A DNA stretch of 63,045 bases, filler included, from Octopus bimaculoides (GCF_001194135.2; 5 parts of 4 records of this genome joined end to end with filler, not necessarily neighbours in it), one strand, 5' to 3'. Shown: positions 1 through 12,809, counted from the whole stretch's first letter. Translations and numbers: made by a program. The notes: generated by a model not told the origin, from the sequence alone.

Positions 1-485
1 ATGAGGGAAAAACTCGGATTTTGTGAATTTTCCCAAGTTCTCCCCCACCCTTTGGGAAAGATTTTCCCCACAAATTTCTTTATTATCATAATGTATGTCA
101 TTTGAAAGTTATTTCCGTAATATTTCATTGATAAAGCTCCATTTTCCTAAAAGTTATGAGAGAAAAGCTCGGATCTTGTGAATTTTCCGGTCCTCTCCGC
201 ACCCTTCTGTTGCTTTGCGCGCATTTTTTTTTTTTTCATATTCGTTTCCTACACATTGTTTTACACCCATTCCAGTATGTTTTTGGATTTTCATTTCCGG
301 GTCAAGATGTAAACATTATTTCGTATGTTATTTCGTGTGCAAGATTCTTGATGTGGATACGTGTGTTGAAAGAAATACGATTAAACCTTGGGAGAGGCAT
401 CATGCTGGTAATAAACACATGCACTGCTTCAATCCTTTATCAATTTATAAACAGTATTTAGTTTTTTTTTTTGTTTTTTGTTTTT

Positions 486-528
486 AGTTAAATCATTTCA
501 TTGCACTCTTGCAATCTCTTCAGTAACT
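486..528 (-). ncRNA. Candidate minimal type I hammerhead ribozyme in the Penelope 3' region
   Basis: Minus strand reads AGUUA-CUGAAGA-G-AUUGCA-agag-UGCAAU-GAAA-UGA-UU-UAACU. This gives a 5-bp stem I, intact core, 6-bp stem II, minimal stem III and an AUU triplet. Confidence 0.6.
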
Positions 529-875
529 TGTCTCTCCACTTCCATTAATTTTATTTTGATGTATGATTTAGCGTTGCTTTGAAATTGTCCGGTATGAGCA
601 TGTGAGTGTGTGCACGTTCGTATGTGTGCACGCTCGTATGCGTGCACTCACGTATGTGTTTGTGCCTATATGTAAGTATGTGCGTCCATATGTGTGTTTG
701 TTAAATTTCGTTCATATCAGATAAGATAGAGACTTTGGACTTGGTTTTGATTTCCATTCTGTTATTTTCTGTTTTCTTCGTAAATGCATCTTTTTTATTA
801 TTATTATTTACGTTCACGTTCTGTATTTTATGTATGAACAACGTCTGCAACCATGGGTAATTGCAAGGCTTTTAT

Positions 876-1594
876 CTACGTGTACTTGCTATTCAAAATT
901 GGTCGTGTTTCCGTTATGAGGACTGACTCGTGTATTTGCCGTAACGATGCGTCATTAGGGTGTCTTGACAGGATTTCTATGCTAATCCGGTCCAGTACAC
1001 CACCATGTTGTTCTTTTGCATGCTGGTATAGCACCGAGCTTTGTTTGTGATTCTTATAGTCCCTCCAGTGTGTTCATTTATACGCTCAGCCAAACTTCTC
1101 GCCGTTTCATCTATGTATGCCGTGTTTCCATTTTTACAATCACCATCCATACAGCTTATTTTGTAAACCACATTTCTGGCTTTGCAGTTGATACCAGGAC
1201 TATATTTGCACACAATGCAATTCTCTTCTATACATTTTGTCCTTTTAAAGGTGTATGTTTTGCATATTATCGATCTAATGGTTCTCCCTGTTTTTTCTAT
1301 GACATTTATCTTCAACTTAGTACTTTTAAGGATTTTTCTAAATCTGTGAGCTAATTTTCTTTGTGGCGTGGCGTCTATAAACATTACACCTTGGAACTTG
1401 TCGGTATCGTACCACGTGTTCTTTCTGTTTGTTTTGTTATTAATTCTTTGTAGTCGATTCCACTGTTTATTACGGTACCTAGGTTGTGTCCCATCTGTAT
1501 CTTTGACAACAATCTCCTCAAATTTCTTGCTAGCTCCTCTGTATACTCGGATCATATCTTTCTGGCTGTATCCCGAAAACTGTATGCGATGCAT
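876..1594 (-). pseudogene. Penelope RT thumb/linker + GIY-YIG endonuclease (frameshifted)
   Basis: CIEENCIVC...C linker, then NVVYKISC...YIDETARSLAERINEH. After a 2-nt shift the frame continues WRDYKNHKQSSVLYQHAKEQH...LRQIHESVLI...PILN. Confidence 0.85.
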
Positions 1595-3122
1595 GAAGTC
1601 TTGTATATGTTTTTATCTCTCCCAGTGACTGCACAGGGGGGGCGGGATATGTTTTTCATTATTCTGACTAAATCGGCTATTAATATATTAATTTTCACAC
1701 TGTGTGATAGAGCCGAATTCTTATGGATAACATACTTTGAAGATATAGGTTTCATATAATGTGAGTAGAGGATTTGAACTTTGTCGTCAATTGTTTCTAG
1801 CCAAAGTTCTCTATCAAGTACCGGGAGTCTCTTGTTTAGATGTTTTGTTGGGTAATCTGTTGTTACCTTCATGCTCTGGTGTATTGCATTAGCTATATTC
1901 TGGATGTTTTCCATCACGATCTTCTCGTTCTCTTCAGTCTGAATGTTCGATGGTGTTTTGACTACGATGTTAACGTCATCCACATATCTCCTGTACATTT
2001 TGATTGTTATTGAGTGTTCCTCGAGAGATTTTTCAGCTTTTTGTCCCACCAGGTCATGAATAGGCTTGCCACGTCCCCGGCCACACTGATACCAACAGCC
2101 GTTCCCTGGACCTGCATGTATAGTTTTTCATTTAATTTAACTATATGGTTCTGCAGGGTGGTCTTCAGACTTGCACTTACAGCATGTGCAACCATTTTTC
2201 GTGTTTGGATATTATCGTCTGGGTCGTGGGTGTGTGTATTCCATCCATTCCAACGCTCCGCGGTGGTTTTTCTAGCAGCTGATGTGATCGTATGTGGTCT
2301 ACCTCGTCCTGACCTGGTGGGGCAGAATCTAGTTAGGTCGTGGTGATCTAAGTATTCATTATTATAAACGAGCTTTAGGAGGAGGCCTAGTTCCCTCGTG
2401 TTCACTTCATGGAAGGTTACTTCACTTTCCGAAATAATTTCCACGCATCTTTCTACGGCAAAGTCAATGTCGATGGATGGATAGAGAGATACTACATCCA
2501 TACTGCCTATAATACAATCTGTCAGGTCATGGGAGCAGTTACATTCATTGACTCTGCTGCGGAGGACCTCAGTGCTTTCACAAATATCAGAAGACATCCC
2601 GATGGGTGGTCTTAATACTTGCGAGAAGAAGAATGACAGCCTATAATTGCTGTCAATATTAGCACCACAAATCGGTCGACATGGTGGGGGGGGGGGCATG
2701 ATAGGGTCTGCAACGGGTTTATGGTCTTTTCGTAACCCATAGAGTAAAGGAATGTCGTTGTTGGATGATGTGAAGTTCTGTGCTTTGCGTCTCTTAGGTT
2801 GCAGTATGTTACACCACATTCCCATGTGTGCGTTGAGAATTTTCTCTACTTTTTCATATTTTTGCGGTGTAACTGCTTTCATATCTTCTATATGTTTTTG
2901 CATCGTATGGGTGTAGTTTTGCAGGCTGTCTACCGACATCCTGCCTGATTTGTTTGTAGGGAGGTATACTATCTCATTGTTTCTAACTCTACGTTTTAGT
3001 TTTCGTATGTCCATTGCAGCTACTGTACCGAGTTGGTGGGCTTCGACTTCGTTTTGTGTTGGGGCAGTTGCTATATAACGTGTTAATGCTTTCCTGAGTC
3101 TGCTTCGAGCTAAAGAGATCAT
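1552..3122 (-). pseudogene. Penelope-type reverse transcriptase (frameshifted near 2007-2049)
   Basis: Motifs YLPTNKSGR, LYGLRKDHK, CRPIC, GSMDVVSLYPSID, YMQVQGTAVG, YRRYVDDV, LPVLD and YSHYMKP across ORFs 2007-3122 and 1552-2049. Confidence 0.9.
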
Positions 3123-4243
3123 GGCTTCTGTTTTATCATCCGTATACGGCGGGATGCACTCTTTTGTTGAAAGGTAAACCCGTTGGATAGTTTCGGGTCA
3201 TATAGGATTTGTCAATTGTGTTATAAAAGAGATTTTCTAAGGTGTTGTTGTTGCCATTGTTGTTATCCTTGTATGTGTGGCTGCTGTTGTTATTGTGACG
3301 GACGTTGTTGTTGCTGTTGTTCCTGGTGTGTACGGTGCTGTTCGTGTGGTTGTTTCTATTGCTGTTATCATTGCTGTTGCTGGTGGTGGTAGTGTAATCA
3401 TTATTGTTGTTGTTGTTGGTGGTGGTGGTGGAGGGTGTAAAAGGTTGAGAGTTGCAATAGAGACATTAGTCTCTCTCTATCACCTTTCAACAAAATTATA
3501 TATTAAGAAACAGTAGAACAATTAACAACATAATAAAAATAAGTTTTATTTTTGGTGATGCTTGGTTTTACAAATCCTGTGTCATTCAGCCTGGTAGCCG
3601 CTGGTTAACTTGTAATCGGCATCTGGATATTAAGAGCTTCGTTNNNNNNNNNNNNNNNNNNNNNNNNNNNNNNNNNNNNNNNNNNNNNNNNNNNNNNNNN
3701 NNNNNNNNNNNNNNNNNNNNNNNNNNNNNNNNNNNNNNNNNNNNNNNNNNNNNNNNNNNNNNNNNNNNNNNNNNNNNNNNNNNNNNNNNNNNNNNNNNNN
3801 NNNNNNNNNNNNNNNNNNNNNNNNNNNNNNNNNNNNNNNNNNNNNNNNNNNNNNNNNNNNNNNNNNNNNNNNNNNNNNNNNNNNNNNNNNNNNNNNNNNN
3901 NNNNNNNNNNNNNNNNNNNNNNNNNNNNNNNNNNNNNNNNNNNNNNNNNNNNNNNNNNNNNNNNNNNNNNNNNNNGTTAATACAGAGAATAGAAATACCC
4001 AACAATGTAATACAATGCACATGGAAAATAATATTCCAGCGGCACAAGTTAAGTTCAGCTTGGTAGGAATTGTTGGCTGTAATTTTTTTTTTTGCGCTTA
4101 CGTCACTGCAGTTCCTTTATTACTTGTGATTGATGCAGTGGCGCAAGAAATGTCTATGAGTGTTCAGCACTAATAGGGAAAAACACAGTTTGAGCCTTGT
4201 TTTTACAAAAGGAATGCTGAAAATGCAATAATATACAATGCAG

Positions 4244-7200
4244 TCAAATATAAATTGTCTTGGAGAGTTTCTTTGGCCAGTGCACTGTACGGCTAGACCT
4301 AGTGACATAGAGTTCACTTGTGGTAGTTCTCAACGACGAAGGTGGAGTTTTCACAGGTGTATGTGTTGGTGATGGTGATGATAAAAGTGTATGCGTTGGT
4401 GATAGCGTTGACAAAGGTGTGTGCAAAGGTTGAAAGGAGGGGGGGGCATGTCAGTATTGTCAACGGAAGATGTAGTTTTATCAAAATACGCTTTCTCCAG
4501 ACAGTCGACAGACACGGTCTCCGTACGACCATTAGCGTCTATTTAAAAAAATTTGGGTGTGCGAGAGAGCACACGAAAAGGTCCTTTATAAGGAGAAACA
4601 AGGGGTCCTCCGACAGAATCATCCGTAACAAATACATGTGACCAAGAATCAATGTCTGATGGCATTTTAGAAGGTGGATATTGTTGCCAGGGACTCATAG
4701 TAGGAAGATTAGAAAAATAATCTCGTAATCGAGTGACATAGGACGCTGGATTTGGAGGCTGTGATTTGTCTGGTACCAACATCGTACCAGGCAATGCCAG
4801 TGTGGTACCATACAATTGTAGTGAAACCTCTCTCTCGGGCATTCAATCATAAATTATAACGAAGCTGCTAACATCTAGCCTTCGGCTGCCTTGGACCCTT
4901 GTGTCCACCACTCTGATTGGTTCTCATTTGCGCGGCAATTGTCCCCAGTTCTGCTTCGCGCTAGGGTGCATACCGTCCAATCGTGGCCTTCTGATATGGA
5001 CACGTGAGAGAGAGTTTTTCTGCGTTTCCGGTGAGCCCTATTTCAACTATAAATAAACCTGTTTGAACCCGCCAGTCGTCTTCGATTCCAGATCTCTCAC
5101 AGGTCTGGTCGCTGACCACACACACATATACAGAACACAGCTACAGCCAGTTTCCAGCGACGACGTCTTCACTACCAAAGTACTGACTACTACAATGTCA
5201 TCGCCAGCAACACCACCACCAGAGTACACACCAATATCAACAAACACAGTTTCATCTCTACACTGTATGGGTGGATTATTTCCACCACGAACAACAGTCA
5301 GAACTAGCCTGCGAGAATATTCTGTACCAGGTCACCGGTCGCAGCATCGACGCTCAACACACATGTGATACCATAGCTCTGCTCTCTTGGCCACAACTTC
5401 CTGCGTATGAACATTCTATCTCCTTGTGTAACTCATATACGAACTGGTTTTCTCTATCTCGGTGTCTAAGACTTTTACAGTCTACGTTACAGACACTCTT
5501 TCTACGTTCTGTGTTTCTCTCTCTCACACACACACACATTGTACACACACTCTTGCTTATACGACAGTCCGTCATTTCATATTGTTGTATACATACTCTT
5601 GTACACGAAGGCCTGACTTATGTATTGTGTTATTTATATATGCAGCATGCACGCACACACAGACACTACAGTTTCACTATGTTAATAAACTTACTCTCTT
5701 TATATATCTAACGGTTGTCTGTCCTATTCTGTTCCTTCTACTGGCACTTGGCTCGTATCTCTCACTACGAGCCTTCTATGTTATAGATTATGTTGTGTTC
5801 GACCGTGCGACGCGTTAAAAGGTCTGCTTTAACCTCAGTCCGGTAACCAAGTAGGACAACAGGAAGAAATTCAGTCCATGATGCGGATTGGGCGAGGCGC
5901 GCAATGCGGCCTTTAGTTGCCTGTGAAAATGCTCCTCCATCCCATTAGAAGCGGGATGGTAGCTGGTGGTGCGTATATGATGCACCCTCAGGATTCGTGA
6001 TAACTCACGAAATAATGCGGCTTCAAATTGTCGACCACGAGCCGTGGTCAAGCTAGACGGTACGCCGAACCTAGAAACGAAAGCTCGCGCAACAGTCTCA
6101 GAAGGAATATCTGATATAGGAATGGCTTCTGGCCAGCGGGAGAAACGATCAACACAAGTTAAGAGATATGAGAACCCGCGACTCACAGGCCATGGTCCAA
6201 CCTAATCAAGGTGAACATGGCGAAAACGAGCCTCTGGAGAAGGAAATTGTCCAAGAAGGGCACGAACGTGCCTATGTACGTTCGCACTCTGGCACTTCAT
6301 GCAAGAGCGTGCCCAAGTGGTAATTGATCGCCGCATGTTGGGCCAGAAAAACCGAACAGTGACAAGTTTTACTGTTGCAGAGATGCCCGGATATGACAAG
6401 GAATGAAGGGCATTAAAAACAGAACGTTGATGGTTCTCAGGTATTAAAGGTCCAGGAGAACCGGTGGATGTGTCACACAGTATAGAGCCTTCTGATGAAG
6501 GGAGGGGAAGATAGGCAAATTTACAATTGTTGAATTTTGGCGAAGTTAAATCTAACGTCGACAAAAGAGGTTGGTCCTGCGAAATAGCAAGTAAATCAAT
6601 CGTTGCAGGAGAGGAAATAGAACTGACAGGGAGTCTCGAGAGAGCATCAGCAGGAATGTTCTCCTTCCCCGGCACATGACGAATGTCACCTCCAGGTGAC
6701 GGAAAGCACGAGGAGAGAGTTTGTCTGTTTTAGAAGACAGAGCGAACGTAAGGAGCTTGTGGTCAGTATAAATCACAAACTCCCATCCCTCGAGTTGGTG
6801 CTGAAAATGCCGAACCGACAGAAAGATCGCTAATAGCTCACGATCAAAAGTACTATATCTGCGTTCGGCAGGCTGCAATTGGCAAAAACAGAAAGCCAAA
6901 GGTTGCGTTTGATTATCTACGGTGTGCTGCAAAACAGCACCAACCACAGAATCTGAAGCATCCACAGATAAAGAGAGCGGAGCATCAAGAGCCGGATGTG
7001 CAAGAACAGGAACAGAGGATAATTCCTGTTTCACGGACTTAAAGGCAGACAACGCCTCAGCAGAAAGAGTTAGTTGAGCATCTTTCTTAGAATGGCCTTG
7101 TAGTAACCTCGTTAAAGGAAGTAGTTTGTCTGCACACCGGTCTATAAATCTTCTGTAGAAGTTGACCATGCCTAAAAAATGGCGATGTTGTCGCAAAGAA

Positions 7201-7494
7201 GTTGGAGGTGCGATGCGTTGAATGGCATCGACTTTAGCAGGAAGAAGTTTGATCCCATTAGAATCAATATAGTGTCCCAGAAATTCCAGGGAGGACTGCC
7301 CGAAAACACACTTATCGGGGTTTATCTTTACATTATATGCGCGGAGTCGCTGAAAAAGTTGCGACAAATGGTGGAGATGATTCTCTTTTGTATCACTAGC
7401 GATGAGTATGTCATCGACATAGGCGAATACAAAATCAAGTCCACGAACAACTTCATCTATAAATCTTTGGAAAATGCTTTTGCATTCCGCAGAC
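4244..7494 (-). mobile_element. Gypsy/Ty3 LTR-retrotransposon pol remnant (RT-RNase H-integrase), 5' truncated by an assembly gap
   Basis: RT: FAYVDDILIAS, KCVFGQSSLEFLGH. RNase H: VDASDSVVGAVL, YSTFDRELLAI, TDHKLL. Integrase: YPG..RFFWPNM..CMKC, LTCVDRFSRW, YHPASNG. C-terminus: YGTTLALPG, PYKGPF, YVTRSSRTVHWP. Multiple frameshifts. Confidence 0.92.
4827..5817. mobile_element. ~1 kb non-coding insertion splitting the Gypsy integrase (LTR-like, unclassified)
   Basis: Integrase reads ...GYRTEVKADL up to 5818 and resumes ...LYGTTLALPG below ~4826. The insert is CpG-rich with CCAAT-like and TATAAATA motifs. No clean TSD was found. Confidence 0.6.
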
Positions 7495-7539
7495 CNNNNN
7501 NNNNNNNNNNNNNNNNNNNNNNNNNNNNNNNNNNNNNNN

Positions 7540-7551
7540 TTAATTAATTAA
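7540..7551. other. Artificial scaffold linker TTAATTAATTAA inside an N-run (also 22711-22722, 30130-30141, 55545-55556)
   Basis: The identical 12-mer, a stop in all six frames, sits in ~100-nt N blocks four times. Confidence 0.95.
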
Positions 7552-9780
7552 NNNNNNNNNNNNNNNNNNNNNNNNNNNNNNNNNNNNNNNNNNNNATATA
7601 TATATACTTATACACACGTATGTATATATATATATATATATACACATACGTACATTAATACACACATAAACACAAATATAACACGAATATTTTAATACTG
7701 CAACATTACCAACGTATCTATTCCAAATATTTGCAACAGACAAACTGGGTTTCTCTAAGTGTATTTTGGGAGTCTTAGGCAGGTTTCTCCCCACCAGGCA
7801 GCACTTCAGATCAACTAAATGAAGAACAAGTGAAAAGGATCAATGTAGCTTTATTGTATTATTTTGCATTAAAAAGGTTGTCTTACTGGTTTGAGAGCTG
7901 GTTCGGTGCTTAGGTTTAGCTTTATTTCATAACAACAATGAGTGTATATATATTTATTTGTGTGTCAAGGGTTACAAGCTCGTTCTTCACCATTTGACAC
8001 TCCAGACCAGCCGACTACTTTGACGAATAAAATAAAATACATTTCTTTACTGATATTGTTCCTCCAATACTGGAGAGGCTGTTATACTAGGTTAAAGAGT
8101 TTACTAGAGGTATGGTAGATTAGTTTTATTTCAAGTGGCAATGTGGGGGGGAGGGGGGATGAGTGGAATTCATGGAGAGCATTGCTGTCTGTGCAGAGAG
8201 GGCAACAATGGAAAGGCCGACAGTTCCGATTCTGAGCCTGGTACCCACACACACATACACACAGCCATAGATATGCAGTTATACATACAAGCATGTATGC
8301 CCAACCATACACACATGACCAAACATATACAGCTGTATGTACAGACATTCACACACAACCATGCGCATAGGCAAATCCATCCCTTGATGCACACAACTGT
8401 ACACCCAACCATACACATAACAATGGTCATGTATAGACAGACCATATTTCATGGTTGAGGTGCTGGCTGTGGGGTTAATCAACAAACACATTTTGGAAAG
8501 GTTGGGTCCTGATAATTAAATGTATCCCTAGAGAAACACAGCACAAAAGTTGAGTCCTGCCAATCTGTCCTTAAACAGGTGCTTCCTATACAAAGGTACA
8601 GATTAAGGAATTCCCCACACTTTCATATAAGACTTTCATCATGTATATTCTGTAGTTGTTATTGATTAACCCCAGGTCAGATTTTATATACAAAAGACAT
8701 TCCAGCTGTGACCACCCTGTCCTTCTTTGTTTTCCAGATACTGTTTATCTTGTTTTACATGTGCCTTTTTTCTTAAGACAGTATGGTTGTATCTGAGGAA
8801 GATTTGGCTGCTATTTCTAGCAAACTGAGTGACATAGTAGAGAGTCTTGCTTTGACTTACAGTGATATTGTTGGTGGCTGGTGACGCTGAAGTCATGGGT
8901 GGGCAGGGAACTGAACTGAATACTTGCAACAAGTGATGTGTTAAGTCTGGGTACGTATGAATGAAGTTGATGTACTATTACATTATACAAAAACTGTGAT
9001 TTTTGAAGACAGGTGGGAAGGGAGTTCTGCTGTCAAGAAAGGGAAAGGCCCATCGTTCAAGAAATGGAAACTTATTTAATAAATTTTATTAACTTTTATG
9101 TTTGCAAACAACACATATGAAAAAAGGGCCACCCATCAGGTTGTCATTAACTTACTCACAGGTATACTCCAGCCTCTGGCACACAGGTGTTTTTTTCATC
9201 TCCTCTCTCTGCCTTTTCTATTGCTACTATTATATTTTCTACTCCTCAGAGATAGCAGGGCTCATACTATGTCCACTCGTCTCTCCTGCCCCCAGTATCC
9301 TTTATCCAGCTGACCCAGATCCCATACTAATCACTACATCCAGTTTTTCCTTTCTAGAATGTTATCTCTCTCTCTGGAAAGTCCTTTTCTTCATCTTTCC
9401 TGGAGATGTTCATTTACAACTGCTCAAGAGAAGCACTAATGGCTTCATTGTTGCTGGTCCCAGAGTGGTTGTTAAGGGCCAGGGATACTACCTCTTTGTC
9501 CAGACCCATTAAGGAAAACAAAGAAATAATAAAAAGACCCACGGCTGGCTCAAGGTACCAGAAACTCAGGCAGTTGGCCAGAGCACCATGTGCTAAGGGG
9601 TGCCAAGGCGGACATGACAATAACAAGGAAATTTCATCAACCGTCAGCTTGTACACACTGAGGTTCAGCTTGCTCAGGGCACCAGTGACTCTAGGGCCAG
9701 CCCTGAAAAGACCAACACTAGTTTCTGCACAAAATCGTTTATTTTCCTCTCTCTCTCATAATAGCATTATTCCTTTGAAG

Positions 9781-9868
9781 CAGATGTGTAAATAAACACA
9801 CACAGATGTGTAAATAAACACATAATAAATAAACAGATAAACAGATGTGTAAATAAACACACACGCAG
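9781..9868 (+). repeat. ~22-bp minisatellite (cagatgtgtaaataaacacaca) x3
   Basis: Three near-identical units are read directly from the sequence. Confidence 0.8.
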
Positions 9869-10844
9869 TTGGACAGGCCAATCTTTTCTGCTGTCGTTCA
9901 GATTAATTGTTTCATCGGTGTTGCCAAGATACAGGTTGATCTAAGAAAGGATGTTGTGGATACTGTCAAGCACAAATGATGACCTAAATAATCTCAAATG
10001 CACAGATCACGGTTTAGCTAAACTGGGAAATCGTATCTGCATGACCAAGAATGATATTTTCAGCGTTAGTCATGTTTCTAATGTCATTTTTTCTAATATC
10101 CTATTACTTTCTCTTGTTCACTATCACATTTACACAACAATTCCATGTTTTGATTTTAACTTAAATCACTTGTTATTTTCTTTTTTCTTTTTTGTTTTTG
10201 TTGAAAATATCTTTTTATCTCTACTATAAACTCTATTGATTATTTTGATGTATGTATACATATTTGTGTGTATGTGTGTGTGTATGCATACATTTAGATA
10301 GATATGTCTGATTACCATGCAACTAATATCCTTAAATAACATGAGGAAATATGGAAATATACCTCGTAATCATCACCTTCATCATCACCATCATCATCAT
10401 CATCATTGTTTTACTGTCTTCTTTTCTATAATAACTTGGGATAGCTAATATCTAGCCATCACTCATTCTACCTGAAAAACACACACACACGTGTACGCGC
10501 ACATATATATACATATATACACACACGTTCTGCCTATTAACCTTTTTAAAATGCTAAGCTTGTGAAGCCTGCAGTAATTTCTTTTCTTCTTCTTATTTAA
10601 TTTCACAATGTCACTTTTAAAGAAAAAAAATAATTTCTAGAAGTCAAATACAGTTGGACAGAATGCTGTTATCAGTGATAGAAAATATCCAGTTAGGAAT
10701 CATGTAAGAGCAGCAAGCGGTAGACTAATTAAAAGTGAATGGTGAAGGAACCGGCTTCCAGAGAATATTCTTTTCCATTTGAGATGGCGGAAAGTATAAC
10801 TGGTATATCTAAATCTGAATGTCCATCAACTGCAGTGTTTCACT

Positions 10845-10940
10845 CATACTTAATTTATTGATCCTGAAAGGAAGAAAGGCAAAGTCGACCTTGGCGGAAT
10901 TTGAACTCAGAACGTAGTGGCAGACAAAATACTGATAATA
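10845..10940 (-). mobile_element. SINE family B fragment (conserved central domain gtcgactttgcctttcatcc...aagtaccag)
   Basis: Homologous to copies at 18510-18720(+), 28450-28660(-), 33890-34035(-) and 36200-36440(+). Confidence 0.7.
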
Positions 10941-12149
10941 ATCTTTTCTTTAGGAGTCACAAAGTTTCTCAGAAATATAGAAAAACAGGCAACATTTTCC
11001 AGGGACTTTACAAAGGAACATGTGAAGCATGGCAGTCATGTTATTCAAAACCAAGAAAAGGTGTGACAGGTGTTACACAAGAATCTAAATGGTGACAAAT
11101 TGACATTTTTAAAGTACAATTATTGCATGGGAATAAATAGGATAAAGTATGATGAAACACACATCAATTAAAACAAGAAAAGGAAATAAAGCATGATATA
11201 CAAGCTAGAAGTCAGGTAGGAGGGCCCCATGCTTGCCAATTTCTGTATTCTTGTGGACCCAAAAGCATGAGTTAGTATTTTTTTAAAGCTGGTTGTAAAA
11301 TACCAACAAGTTCTGGCTAATATTGTTTAGGTTCCTTGTAGAGTATTTCTGTTTGATTTTTACTAACCTCTCTCTTGCATGTTGCCTTTTCTAAACCTAA
11401 TTCTACCAATGTTATTTACAGTTCTTTGAAAAATCCCTGATACTCTGTGGATGCACAATTTTGTCAATTAGTCGTGTAAGGATAATGAAACTTAGGTCTT
11501 TGTCCCCACTTTCCTTTCTTCATTTTCTTTATTATTTTTCTGAAGAGAAGTATAAACAAGGCACACGAAGTCAAATCACAGCATGTGCATGTCAATATAC
11601 ATACGTGTGTGTGTATGTGTGTGTGTGTGTGTGTGTGAAATCTATTTAGACTGTTCAATTGGCCAATTACTCTGGCCTGAGTTTCCCTGGTGTGTAACCA
11701 ATCTCTTATACAGAACTAAGACACGCTTCGGGCATAACAGAGACACCGTGACGCACAAGCGGATGAATTTATGAACTGGCTTTTGATTGGAGTGAGAAGA
11801 GGAAGAAGACAAAACGAGGAGGAAAGAAAGGCAAGTAAGCATATGCACTTAAGCATATACACGCACACGTGCATGCATGCATCCTGGAAAGAGAGAAAGA
11901 AGGAAATGAACGGAAGAGAAAGAAAGGAGTAAAGAGCAGAAAGCCATCGAAAAACGGAGAGAAAATATGGAATGGAGCAAAGAAGGAGATTGTAACCCAG
12001 GTATGCAACACACACACACATACACACACACAAAGCATGCACACATGCAAAAAGCAGGGAGGCTGGTCACTGGTGGACTGACAATTGGGTCACTATGGTC
12101 AAATGACAAAAACACACCCACACACATATACTGTCACACAGAAATACAT

Positions 12150-12800
12150 AGAAACAGATTAGTTCCAAGAAACATCTCATGGATGCTCTGGGATGTTTCT
12201 AGGGTCTTTAAGGATTTCAGATCCTTTAACATCAGACCCCTTCATTTGTTGGTCCAGCCAGGGTTGATCAACTTCCAGGTTGCATCACAGGAACAGCAAA
12301 CCATTGGCCTGCTCTCTTTAACCAAAGCCATTGAGTGTGTTTCTTTGCAACTATGGTGATAAAGCATACAGCCCTCCTCTTTGTTGCACCAGTCACAGAG
12401 TGAATGCCCTGCAAAATGCTTGAAGTCCACTTCAAATGGCTTGCAGTGTGCCACCAGCTTTGATTTCTGCACTGTTGTATTAACTTCTGGTATTTGGCAA
12501 GCTTTCTTCTGAGCCTCTTCCATATGTTCTCCCCAGGGTACAATTAGTTTCTGCATGATCATTATGGAATTTTGAGAGAGAGCCTTTATTTCTGGAGGAG
12601 TGTCAAAGGCTTGATACTCTCTGGGAACTTTAATTGTCTGCAAGACCTTTGGCATTATGTCATGCTGGAAAAGAAGACCCATCGAGCCAAGTAAAATTGC
12701 AGTCATGGAAGATACTAGTATCATGCAAGTGGCACCTGTGCCAGTGGCACATAAAAGCACCCATTACACTCTCAGAGAGATTGGCATTAGGAAGGGCATC
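12150..12800 (-). mobile_element. HERO-like non-LTR retrotransposon 3' fragment (restriction-like endonuclease domain + 3' UTR)
   Basis: Across frameshifts it reads QHD..PKVLQTI, KLIVPWGEHMEEA, RKLAKYQKLIQQCRNQSW, CKPFEVDFKHFAGHSL and QWLWLKRAGQW. The 3' UTR gtctgatgttaaagga...gaccctagaaacatc resembles HERO ends as I recall them. Confidence 0.7.
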
Positions 12801-12809
12801 CAGCTGTAG

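Larger units (their letters stand above)
440..3580 (-). mobile_element. Penelope-like retroelement (Neptune-type), decayed; boundaries approximate
   Basis: Minus-strand RT followed by a Cys-rich linker and GIY-YIG endonuclease, broken by frameshifts. There is a low-complexity Asn/Thr-rich 5' part (3180-3480) and a hammerhead-like motif in the 3' region. Confidence 0.85.

Noticed and set aside
7540-7551. Repeated TTAATTAATTAA palindrome (four occurrences)
   Set aside because: It is always embedded in N-runs and is a six-frame-stop scaffolding linker, not biology.
9100-9800. GC-richer stretch with 130-aa ORFs
   Set aside because: No recognisable motifs on either strand and no convincing splice sites. 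It may be an old TE but cannot be supported.
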